Positions 37,500 to 48,689 of a stretch of 56,943 nucleotides of DNA are shown in pieces. This DNA is from Folioceros fuciformis (Eukaryota). The notes under the pieces are model-generated. The model worked only from the letters and a program-made list of their open reading frames with translations. It did not search any database and was not told the DNA's origin. The number at the start of each line of letters is the position of its first letter. Position 1 is the stretch's first letter. The stretch covers positions 1 through 56,943 of the forward strand of contig JBNGIO010003332.1 of assembly GCA_049999805.1 (NCBI GenBank), written 5' to 3'. The translations under genes and the position numbers were made by a program.

Positions 37500-40190
37500 C
37501 CACTTTCTACTTAATAGGGTCGCTTTCTGCTTTCCACAAGACTTCATCATTTTCAGGCGGAAGTGTTTCTTGGCCGCGTTTTAGGATGTATAGGTTTTTG
37601 CGAATCAGGTTCCTCGTGTGGGAGGGAAATTGTTTTTGTCGTATCAAATCAAATCCATATGTTAGAATGAAAGTGTCTTCAATAAATAATGTATCTATAT
37701 GCTTCTTCTGCCTGGCCTGCGTTTGTGACCTCCTCATAACCCTCTTGGCGGATCTTCATGTGGTAAAATCATCTCTTCTTGGTATCAACCCTCAAAAGCA
37801 TCTGAACATTTGGTGACCCACCAATGAGTGCACTTTCACATATGGTTTTTTGCATGTAATATCAGCCTCTAAGACTTTGGCAATCCGAAACGGCCTATTG
37901 TCTTCGTCGGTCTCGCAAGGGACAACAATCATATGCCCTTTTTCTATTTGTTATGTCTCCATTCAAACTTTCGCGGTTGTCACAGAGCTGCACCTCCCTC
38001 TGGTATGCACCCACATACATGATTTTTCTGGGAATCACGTAGATCCGTGGATTCTGAACAACAATCTCGTTTAGAACAGTAACGGGTCCGTTCACTAATT
38101 CTGCCATCTCTCGATTATACCACCGCCAAGAGGAATTGAGGTCTTTGTCTACATCGAAGTTGATTGAATGCACGATAGCCTCTTGCTCTACCCAAAACCA
38201 TTCCACCAGAAGTTTTTGCCTGCTCCTAAGTGTTGTCTTAATCTCAGCTCCAGTTTTGTCCTGATTGCACTAGATTATATTCAGGAACATTGTCTACAAC
38301 TGTCCTTTGTTTTTTGCTCTTGGCTTGTAGATGTATCTATGGAGCAGCTTTGATATATGTGTCCGGAATATGCTTGAGAAACTCGATACCCTTACATGGC
38401 GACCAATATTCATCTGTGCAATACTCCTTCCCTCCCATCACTATTTTAAAGCCCCGTTCTCCTCAGCTCTCTCTTGTGATCTTGAATTGGTGTTGGAAAG
38501 AAATAATTGTGTAGTGATTGAACAACTAATACATTTTGATAACAAGCTTTCCTGTAAGGTACAAGCCACACAAATCGCCAGAAGTCTGGCACCTCCTTCA
38601 CTTCATGCACTACTAGTGTTGGTGTATAAGCATTCTACATAATAGCAATGAGTGTAGGTAAAGTGAGAGCGGTCGAAAACTAAGAGAACATCTGGTCCAC
38701 ATGGTCGTGAGTATGGCCCACTAGTAAAAACCCCACCTTTACCTCTTGAAGATTCTTTTCTCCACTAACATTCAGATAAGAAAACAACAATGCATTTTTG
38801 TTCTCTCTTGTCGTGTTGTCCAACTGCAAGTATAGAACTCTTGGAAGTAGTCCTACGTATGCGTGAATCACATGCTAGATAATAGAAATCGTCAAGTTCG
38901 CGTCATTCCTAATATTCCCATGCTCTATGAAAAGCTCAAGCATCATTGTACTATTGTACACCATGCATCCCACAACATGAACGTCAATAAGATCAACGTC
39001 CGCCAAATCCTTTGGAAGTCGCACAAAATGAGGAATCTGAGTTTTCTAATGATCCATACCATCTATGGACAACCCAAGGTATTTCGCCGGATCACCATAA
39101 CATTTTACATGATGCTTAATACTCTTCTCTTGCTCCGCCTTCAGTCTCTGTCAATGTACTTTTAAGTCACTTCCGAAACCCTTTGTCACAAACGAATTCC
39201 ACCCACAAAGCGACCACCAATTTATTTCAGCATACACTCACATTTGGCACAGAGAGTGCGCCGGTATACTGGCGCCCTCCAATAGGTGCAGGAGAAGTGT
39301 GCCAGTCTACCAGCGCACTCTAGCCAAGTAGACTGGTGCACTCCTGCCAAGTCATGACAAGTGCGTTGGTAGACCGGTGCACTTCTCCTACACCTGTTGG
39401 AGGGCGCTGGAATACGAGCATTGAATACAAAAATTATGAGAATTAGTAACATAAAAAAAAAACTTATTCGTACTTTTTTTTTGTTTATCCGATTCAGAGC
39501 GAATGTTTCTCTTCAAGTAATTGCATGTAGTACATAACGAAAATATGTTGGTTTTTGAAATGCGGACTTTTGAGAAGTGCGAGGACCATAGCTGATAGAA
39601 GTAGGAGTATGAAATGCTGTATTGGTTTGCCCTGCTCATTTGCCACTTGTACTCCATGAAAATTTCCTCCTTGGTGTACGAGTCTGGCAGATGGTACACT
39701 TCAACATTTGGCATACGCTCCGCAATAAGGAGAAACAATTGATCCATCCATACGCATGCGGCAGGGGCGTAGCTTGGAGTCCATGTTTCTGAGCGAATAG
39801 CACCAGACTAAACAATGTTCCCACAAGCTCGATCTTTCACTCCCTTGTACTTGTTTGAACCAACGCAATAAATTCTTCTAAAAGTGTCTCGACAACACCT
39901 TATTTTTCCCGACCTGATTACGAAAGGTTCAGTGATTGGACATGCGTTCTCAATCTTGTCAACATCAAAATGTGTTTGCAAAAAGGTTTCTTGTTCTGGC
40001 ATGCTCATCTTTAGAAAATGGTATTGCAACTCCCTAAATCCTAGTTTACTAAGCAACCTCAGACATTGTTTCGCAAAGCATATTTTCCTATAATCGAGAG
40101 TAATATGAAGCTTTGAATACTTAGCCTCTGGTATTGTTGAATTTCTCTTTCGCCGGCCTCCTTGATGGTCTAAGGGAGTTTCGATCATTG
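37500..40190 (-). pseudogene. Sola-like DDD transposase, pseudogenised, with an intron at ~39181-39473
   Basis: N-terminal Cys-rich region (CFAKQC...CCRDTFRRIY), ERMP..YHLP...FSLCTTC, then SIDGMD, LYLQLDNTTRENKN and FLLVGHTHDHVDQMFS as the catalytic triad. Multiple stops and frameshifts. The Sola assignment rests on motif resemblance plus the 4-bp TSD. Confidence 0.8.
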
Positions 40191-40959
40191 ACTTTGACGC
40201 CGACTTGTGATTAAAGCTTCTCTGGTGGCTTGGTGTTCCTCTGGAGCTTGAACACCACTAACTGCAACACCCCTCTTCTTCCGCGTTGATGGAATCATGC
40301 ACTCCCTGAATCTTTTTTTTCATTTTCTCGGGGCCAACCTTTTGTTGCTATAACTCCGATTCCCCCTCCAACACTCCCTCCTGAGAACCTACAAACATTG
40401 GTGTTTCCCCTTCGAGGTGTCATCTTCATCACTGTGCCTACAAATGACTGTCGTGGGGTTGGCGGGCTTGGACAACTATGAACTTTGTCCACAAGACTAA
40501 GTCGGATTGGCAACGACCTCAACTCGTTGCATTGATGTTTGCGTGGATAGTCTCCTGGCCATAAGTATCATCAACATATTAGTAATCCATAAGCAAATCA
40601 CATTCCTCTCGAAGCACGAACGCAACGCAACGTTCGTGCTTGTTGACCTTCGTCGCTGCTGTCATCACAGAAGATCTCATACCCTCGGCACGAAGATAAA
40701 GGTTTGTTGGCCATTAGAGCAAAAAGGGACGAAGGTTCTGTATGAACTTCTTCTAGACATGCTTTTAACTGTGCAGCGTTGTAACAAAGCCCCTCAACCA
40801 AGTCCTAACGAGCTAGTGTTTAATGCAATTTGAATGTTTGGGCAAAAATAGAACTAGTTGTTCATCAAGAATTGCCGCCCGATCCAAGCTTGATCATACT
40901 ATAAATGCATTGGCGTTCAATTAGATTGGATATTCTATTTTGAGCTACACAATTACATT

Positions 40960-41823
40960 TTGAATTCTATCTTGCACATTTCCTCTGCCTGGGGCATTCT
41001 TCTACAACATCTTTCCTCTCCAAAGAGACAACGTCCTTTCCGACTGTCCATATCTTTGGTTGCAAAGCAATGGCAGCTGGTCGTCGGAGCAACAAACTAC
41101 TGCTTGCGGACATGGATGTGCAGGTTGTGGAGGCGCTTCCCCGATTACGAAAGGAAAGGCAAGTCGGGAAAGCAGTTGCATGAGCATTGTCTAGTCAATA
41201 CACTGAAAGAGATGGACATTGACCTCCACCACCCGATGTCGAAGACACTTCTCCACACGCCTAGGCCGCTCTAGGAAGAAAGGATAACTCAAGTGGAAGC
41301 GTGAGAGTGACAAATTCAAAAGCAAGCGAAGTGCCCATTAACCATCTTCCTGTGAATGTGACTCAAGGTGGCAGTACGAGGGGTAGTCAGAATTACAACA
41401 TTTCGAATGCCTACAACTTCGTAGAGAGATTGGGATTGAAGAAGTTAGAAGACACTCTAGCAAAAAGATTCAACACTGATAAGGAATGGTTTTGATAGTT
41501 GAAGATGAGCCTGATGACTTTAACTTGCCTTGGATTCCTCTTGTTGCTTTGTGGGTGAATGGGTTTCAAGGCTTGGAGGACGATGAAGTAGGAAGAGCAG
41601 GATGGATTCTTTGTGCGTCAATGGATGGTGTAGACGACAAAACTCAAGTGAATTTCATCCTTACCTGACACCCACCCGGCCACATTACGAATGACTACGA
41701 TAGTCATAGTTTAATCGTTATGATTGTTTCAAAGGCCACTCCTCATTGGTGCAAACCGCTGTGGTTGAGAAACGCGCTAAAAGACTGTCTTATTATGAAG
41801 GATGTAAGCAGTGTTTTCAGTTA
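40960..41823 (+). pseudogene. Unidentified decayed ORF inside the transposon
   Basis: Run of adjacent + strand ORF fragments (40960-41274, 41301-41495, 41486-41668 and beyond) linked by frameshifts and stops; no family recognised. Confidence 0.3.
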
Positions 41824-41975
41824 AAAACTGTAATATTTCAGTACCCGAAATGACCCTACACCCTAACTTTTGCGTCATTTTGTCCGCTACGCAGGGTGGA
41901 GAATAGTTTTGTAGAACTGTTTTGCGTTGTGTGGGAGACGCGGTGCTGAAGAACCGAGCACTTGTGGCATAGCTT

Positions 41976-44900
41976 GTGGGAGAGCGGCAGTGGAAGTCAT
42001 TGCAAGCGCAATTTCGTGTTTCAAGCTCACGTGAAGTAGATTTCGTGAAGGACAGGCGAGAGATTCCACGTATGCAACCTGAAGTATTGGAAGAGGAGGC
42101 CCTTGACATCCCTGAAAACAGCAAAGACGAGGAAGATAAGGAAATGGCTGAGTACTCTCTAGCGGAAGATAGTCTGAACGACACTGTAGAGACGACCCAC
42201 AATTCCAGCGAGGACAAAGCAGCAGCTGACTCCCCAATGGAGATTACTCCAGCGCGGAAGAGGGTGACTCAAGTGTGCCGGTCTACCAGCGCACCAGGGC
42301 AGCACAAGAGGAAATCATCTACATCTCCATCCAAACAGCGAAAGAGGACATCCAGTGAGGCTTTTAGTTGTTTGCAGAGCTCATAGCTTTGGAGTTGTTT
42401 TTATGAAGATCTATTCTTTTGTAAGTGCTCTGACTTCTGACCCCAAACAAAACAATGACTATTTGTTTCTATATTTGCAACATCTTCGCAGACAAAGCGG
42501 AAAAAACCAGTAGGGTCCATAGCAGTAGGACACGCAGGGAGGCAGATGAGAAAGAAGGGTGGAGCAGTGCAGCTTGTGGAGCCAGAGCCCACTCAAGCTG
42601 TGGAAACTAACTCTCAGAGGTTTGAGAGGTTGGCGTAGGATGAAGACCATATGAATGGTATCAGAAAGACGGCCAAGAGGATTCGGTCGACGACACTTGA
42701 CTTGCATGTTGATGTTTTGCACCCTGCGTCATTCATCACTTCTGATGCTCAAATAAGGCAAGTTGATGAAGGTTGGATGAAGAGCTTCTTAGTTAGGCAG
42801 ATGCAGGCTGGATCTATGAAGGAAGGGATCTTGCCTCTCCTATGTATGATTGACCCTAAGCAAGTAGGGACCAAGGAAGATGTATCTCTTGACAAAATTA
42901 CAGCCCAGCAATACCACATGGGAGTTTTAGGTGGAAACCATTGTTTTGTAGCTATGCAAAAACTCCACTAGATGTTTCCGTCAGAGGATAAGTATGAGTG
43001 GATGGAGAGGCACGTTTATGCTGGGCTTACAGAGGAAGAGAGGAGAGTTCTGGCTACGCAGACAAGAGGAAGAGGATGGGTTTACTAAACAGGTCAGGTA
43101 CATTCATGACGAGCTGGATATTTTCGCTAGGACTCATTCAGTGGATGAGAAGCCACTAGTGAAGTGGAAGTTTAACCTATACAGGTTGCTTGGTATGACT
43201 GACGATGATGGAGATCCTCTCGACACGGACGGGGTATAGAAGATGGTTGATAGGCAGAAAATGCCATGTTGAGTAGCCAGATGTTCAGTGGTATTGTGAG
43301 ATAACGTGGACCGGATATTTAAAATGTGGGAATAGTGTGAGCTGCCGGAGCAGATGAGCACGGCCACAGCAGGGACCAAGAAGAGGGCAAAAGCAAAACA
43401 AAAGATAGGAGACTCAGCCATTCCAAGTTCATCTTCACAGGAATCTGAAGATAGCAGCAGAAAGCCATCGGTGATGTAGGGCAGGCCGTGGAGAGCCTTT
43501 CAAGGCATCCCAGCAAGTGTGAAGGGAGAGGAGATGTTGATTGTTGTAACACAGAAAGTTATTGAAGGCAAGCTCCAGTTGAAAGACATGGACACTGAAG
43601 TCGGGAAGAAGAAGAAGATCCACTTGATTCAACATGCTTTCCGAATTGCGATGAAGTGTTCCACATTCAAAGAAGCATAAGCAATGTATCCGAAACATAC
43701 TAAAGATGGCCACCTTTTGAAGTTCCAGATAGCCTTCGCGAAAGTGGTAAGAAACATTTTGTTTTTGCTGTTTACCATTTTGCCAGTAAATATTTAACCT
43801 CTAGTTTGTTGAACTGCATTGGGTCGGTAGACCAGCGCACTCCTGCCGGCATGGGCCTTAGTGTGCAAGTCTACCGGCCCACTCATGCCGGCTTGGGCCC
43901 GAGTGTGTTGGTCTACTGGCTGTTAGTAATAAAGGGTTATTTTAATATAACCTACCTTAGGGTTAATTAACCGTAGTTATGAAAAGACACTTTGTATAAA
44001 TTGTAATTTTTTTTATGTGAGTTTAATTAATTTTGTTATTGTGCACTAGCTCTTTTTTTCTAGCACTAGCGCACTCCAATGAGGGTAGCGGGAGACAACT
44101 GTCGGTTGCCACACTAACAAGTACAATTCTAATTGCAGAAACCTGGAGATATAATGGACTTGGAGTCCTTGCCGAACCTTTCCCAAGATTTTGTATATTC
44201 GGCGAAAAACTGGAAAAGAATGGAAGAAGAGAAGCAAAAGCCGGCGGCTGGCGATATGGACGTAACCTTATTGGACTTCTAAGCTCTAGTGAGTAACACA
44301 AGTTAATCAACGGAATGTTATGGAAATGAAGGCATTTCTTGTCAAACGCCCGTATACGCTGCTATTTGCACACTTACTTCGAGGATTATAGCGACATGAG
44401 TATGACAATCACATGAATATAGCATAGCTGGATGAAATGATTCGAGGATTCAGCGAATGCACGTCGAGTAATATTTTCAGAGTTATTCTAATGCACAGAG
44501 TTTATTTGATCTCGGAAGCAAGGGAGGCACTATGACCATGGTGCAAGAAGGAGAGTATACAAACATTGGTATGGGAGAAGACAAACATACCCCCAAACGC
44601 AGGAGCAGTGGAAATAGTTGAATATTTAACTGTTGGAAGTGCAGTGCAAACTAAGGCTCAAGAGTCAAAGGCTCCACTTTTCGCTAATCAAGGGTTTCTC
44701 TTACCACAGGTTATAAGGCATGGAGTGGTGGTGAAGAAGCACCTTTTCCATTTTGCAGATACTCATGTCGTCTCTCCGTACCAGAAACCATTAGGGCTGA
44801 TGAGTATGCTCGTAAATATGTTTTCCTATAAAGGTGACTGGGTGGTTGATGCATGCACAGCTTTGGGTCTCTTCTCCAAAGTGCAGTTGAACATGGGAGG

Positions 44901-45313
44901 CATGCGGTGGCTATCGATGTCGATGCGAGGTGCATGACATACATCATGCAGCGGATTATCGGTCTAGGGTCTTTGCCTGACTTTGATGAAGAGATTTTGA
45001 TAGAATCTTTCAAATGTGGCCCATCAAAGTTTTGGGCAAAAGAAGTGTGCGGGGATGGCAAAATGACCGCAAAATGCAATTGTTTAGTCTGTTGGGGAAG
45101 AAAGAAGAGGTGATATCATAGAATGATGATAGGCCAACAAAGGACCTTTACTCCATTACCGTGTGGGATGAGAATGGTACTTTGCCACCCCAAACAGTAG
45201 ATGACCCCCACTTTTCTGTGCTACGTGTGGGAGGCGATGACTTTGGCGATACGGATGCACAATGGCTTAAAGATTTAGATGTAGTTGTAGATTCTCAAGG
45301 CCAACCAGGATGA
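41976..45313 (+). pseudogene. Decayed multi-exon gene: acidic/basic N-terminus + ParB/Srx-like domain + beta-class N4C/N6A DNA methyltransferase (N6_N4_Mtase-like)
   Basis: ParB-like: QIRQVDE...ILPLLCMID...GVLGGNHCFVAMQKL...HVYAGLTEEE (GGNH at 42930-42941). MTase: YTLLFAHLLRG at the motif IV position (44353-44385), LVWEKTN..VEYLTV, SPYQKPLGLMSMLVNMFSYKGDWVVDACT/FGSLLQSAVEHGRHAVAIDVD (44773-44925, 1-nt frameshift ~44860). Intron 43747-44138 has a GTAAGA donor, ACTAAC branch point and TTGCAG acceptor. Confidence 0.75.
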
Positions 45314-45592
45314 CCCAGTTTTTGTGTGAGCCTGTCGTCCTTAACATGAACATAGTATTATTTGAATAGGTCTTGCATCTATAGACTGGTGCACCACATC
45401 CTTCAGTTGCAAAATATCAAATTTTGTAAAGAACACTCACAATGAGTACTGAATATTTTTCGTGTTATTCATAATTTTTGAATAAAAAAAGTATGCAAAT
45501 ATGCCGGTGGCCTTCTTGTTCGGGAAAAGAGATAAAATGTGGATGTGGAGCACGGATCAAACCAAATTCAAAAAGCGCAAAACGGGCTTTGT

Positions 45593-45622
45593 GGAATCCG
45601 CCCGTTTGGATCCTACCTTGTT
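45593..45622 (-). repeat. Right terminal inverted repeat
   Basis: Reverse complement aacaaggtaggatccaaacgggcggattcc, 25/30 identical to the left TIR. Confidence 0.85.
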
Positions 45623-45790
45623 TCATGCATTGTGTGCGTTTTTCCTTTACAAGTATCTCTTTGGCAAGTGAGGGACTCTTTATCTTTGAAGGCTTGTGAG
45701 GCCCTACCTCCTCTCATCTCCTTTTCTAGAGAAGGGTTGAGAGGTCTTTAGGCCTCCCTCTTGGAAAAGCAATGCTATCGTGCTAAACAG
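45623..45790 (+). mobile_element. RLE-type non-LTR retrotransposon, fragment 2
   Basis: SCIVCVFPLQVSLWQVRDSLSLKACEALPPLISF continues the frame interrupted at 37004 (..DSPLVDDFIS). Confidence 0.6.
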
Positions 45791-46742
45791 TGTCAATCAT
45801 AAGTACAAGGTCTCACCACATACGCTAACCATATGTTGATACACCAATATGCTGGTTAGGCCGTTGGTTGGAGCGTAGGTGAGATTGTCTCGCCCGTGGA
45901 CAAGGAAAAAGAGCTAACTCCTTATCCCAAATGAGAACCAACACAACGCCTTGTGAGAAAACACCCCAGTGTTCTATCATCCACATCAATCAGTTCTAAA
46001 TAAAGAAAGCGTCATAGTGAGTTCACAGCAGCACCACGATGGGCGACTCGGCTTGTGCTTCTCGCAATTGTTTTCAGCTTTACAACCACCCTGCTAGGAA
46101 CGTACTATGACGGCCGCACGAGACCTTCCAACTTGCAATCTCTTGAGAGCAAATCCCTGTAGATCCACAAACCGTGCCCATGGCAAACACGGTTGTAATG
46201 AGTTGGAATAAGTTCTCGGCTACCCTACTAGTGAGGCATCCACACCTTCACGCTCAAACACGCACCTTGGCATGGACACCCACACTCACAATTGCAGCAA
46301 CACGTTCATAAACATGTCATCCTCAATTGAGAGAGTTCGGCATCAGGCCATAGTGTTTTGCGAGCAACATTCAATAGTGTTCAGCTCCGCACTTCCACGC
46401 TAGGACCCAAGAACTTCTAGCAACTACTCAGCCATGCCCAACAGCTCGATACTCATCTGTGTCTTTCTCGCTCCAGGCCGTTGCACACATTCTCACTCCA
46501 CGCCGTCGGTGCCATGCCACCCACGATCTCTATCTCACAGCCATCTCATAGCATGATGCCCTACGCTCCCCGTCACCCACGTTCAATCATCGCTCGCCCG
46601 TTTGGCCTATCATACCTCACTCACGAGCTTGCCCTAACTATGCCCACACTTCCCATATTTGCTGACTTTCTAGTTATTTAGTAACCAGCCCAATTATCTA
46701 GCCTATTAATTAACTAGCCTAATTAATCAGCATAGCCTGACA
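45791..46742. mobile_element. Probable solo LTR or other ~950-bp insertion within the LINE
   Basis: Begins TGTCA and ends TGACA; interrupts the LINE-like coding sequence. No clean 5-bp TSD, although tgctaaaca/tgctaagca lie nearby on each side. Confidence 0.45.
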
Positions 46743-47420
46743 ATATGCTAAGCACTAAGAGCTCTTCTTTTAGACTCATCCATCCCAGGTCTTCTAGAGC
46801 TCATATTTGCTCTTGTTCAAGTAAAGAAGCAAGCTCTAGGCTTTTAGGTCGACCTTGCATTCAGGCATTTCGAATGTCATTAACAACTTTTCCCACCTCA
46901 AAGAGATTTTGCTTAGGTTTGGCCCACTCCTTGGCTTTTTCTCTTTCTACATGCAATTGTGGGGTTGCCATTGTCAACACATGGTCCCATATGGTACGTT
47001 GTCCCATCGAGGGGCATCACATAGCCACCCATGATGTCATGCTCCCATGATCCGTGATGTCATGCTCTCAATGGCTAGGGAATGTGAGTTTCTTCCTTAT
47101 AGAGAGTGTCCATATACTCTGCACAATGGGGTTTCACTTGGGGTGAAACAAGTTTGTGTTGCTGATGTGGTTATTATGGATCTCACTAGGAATTCAATTT
47201 GCGAGTACGTTGTCATTAACCCCCTTGAATGGTGGCATAGGGTTGCACAACGTATTCTCGTGTGCAGAATGACCATGCAAAACGTCTACAAAACTAATTA
47301 GGACATCTCAATTACGAAATCATTTACAACGTCTAAGTTTGAGACGTCTTAGTGGAAGTACAATGTGTTTCATCACGACTTGCATTGTACACATATTGAG
47401 ATGTCTTAAACTTCGACGTT
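46743..47420 (+). mobile_element. RLE-type non-LTR retrotransposon, fragment 3 (zinc knuckle and restriction-like endonuclease region)
   Basis: RAHICSCSSKEASSRLLGRPCIQAFRMS...RFCLGLAH...CNCG...HMVRC...HIATHD..IRD...ARE...ADVVI matches the CxC-x-H-x3-C, HD and AD pattern of RLE elements. Confidence 0.7.
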
Positions 47421-47459
47421 GTAATTTCTTTTGTAATTTGGGTGTTGTGAATGGTTTTA

Positions 47460-47793
47460 CAAATAGATGACCTGGCAAGAATTGTTGACTAAATATAGGA
47501 GCTACATCATCAAATGGTGATCTTGCACTTTTTACTACATCATCAAATCGTGTCATGTCATATCATATTGACTTGGTGACATGACATGAAACTCCATATG
47601 GCAACAACATGCCATGTCATTGCTTGATTATGTGGTATGCTACATCGCCACTTTGGTGATATGATACCACATTAGCAATTTTACAATGTCACGAAACTCT
47701 CGGCTTACAAGGGTGCAAATTTGACATTTTACAGTGAGCTATTATAAAATGTGTTGTAAAAACACTTGTAAAAGGCCTAATTTTCTTGAAGTG
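47460..47793. mobile_element. Possible CACTA transposon end fragment
   Basis: Ends in ttttcttgaagtg (reverse complement cacttcaagaaaa, one mismatch to CACTACAAGAAAA), preceded by short atgtca/tgacat-type subterminal repeats. No partner end was seen. Confidence 0.3.
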
Positions 47794-48689
47794 CTTCGTA
47801 GCTCTCTTAATAGTGCCCACACTACTTATCCCATAGTCACTTCATATAATGAGTTTCATTCCCAAAAGGAGAGAGCTCCTTGATTTCGTATAGTTGAGCC
47901 ACCACTTGACAACTTCCAACCCACCCTTTCACACAATTAGGCTCCACACACAAACACTCCCTCAGTCCTTCACAACACCACACACAAACACTCCCTCAGT
48001 CCTCCCACGCCCAAGCATAGAAAAGCAACCTCACTTGTAGGACTTTCCCTTATGAGTTGATGGAGTGACTAATGACTAGAGACCCCTTGGACTCTATCAC
48101 AATGTCACCACCACCGTTAGGTTACTCATACCATTACAATGTAGATTTGAGCTTCGACCATTTAACTTTGTCTTGACCTCTCTCTTTTGTCTTGACCTTC
48201 TCTCTTTAGAATCCTAAGTTCTCTACGAGAAAAGCCTAAGTTCTCTTCACCTCATCAGTATCCTCAATCAACACAACTCTCTCCTAATTTGACTCCTCCA
48301 ATTGGCTCATTGGTGTTGGCTCTCCCATACAACACAATTGCTTAGGGTTTGTTTCACAACCAATGATTTCTTCCTCAGGCTGGTAATTGCATGTTTGCAC
48401 CTTTTAGCAAGAACCTTAAGGGAGTCTTCTCCCATAGACTAGTAGCTTGAAACCATCTATCTAACGAACCAAAAATCCTAACATGTATCAAGTTTGATAC
48501 TAGACCATATTTTCTCTAGTGTCAAGGAAGGGAAGAACATAAGGGAAGAACTCACAAACCACCTTTGAAAAGGATCAAAGGAGAAAGATATGAAGATAAA
48601 GATGTGGGGTTCTTGCCACTATTGTAAAAAGCTTAACCATTATACCAAGAATTGTACGATAAGATTGATTTTTTTCCATTCTCCAAATG

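Larger units (their letters stand above)
37005..45622. mobile_element. Sola-like cut-and-paste DNA transposon (8.6 kb) with cargo genes, decayed
   Basis: Imperfect 30-bp TIRs (25/30 match); TCAT direct repeat on both sides (37001-37004 and 45623-45626); internal DDD transposase remnant; the host LINE reading frame resumes across the insertion. Confidence 0.85.
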
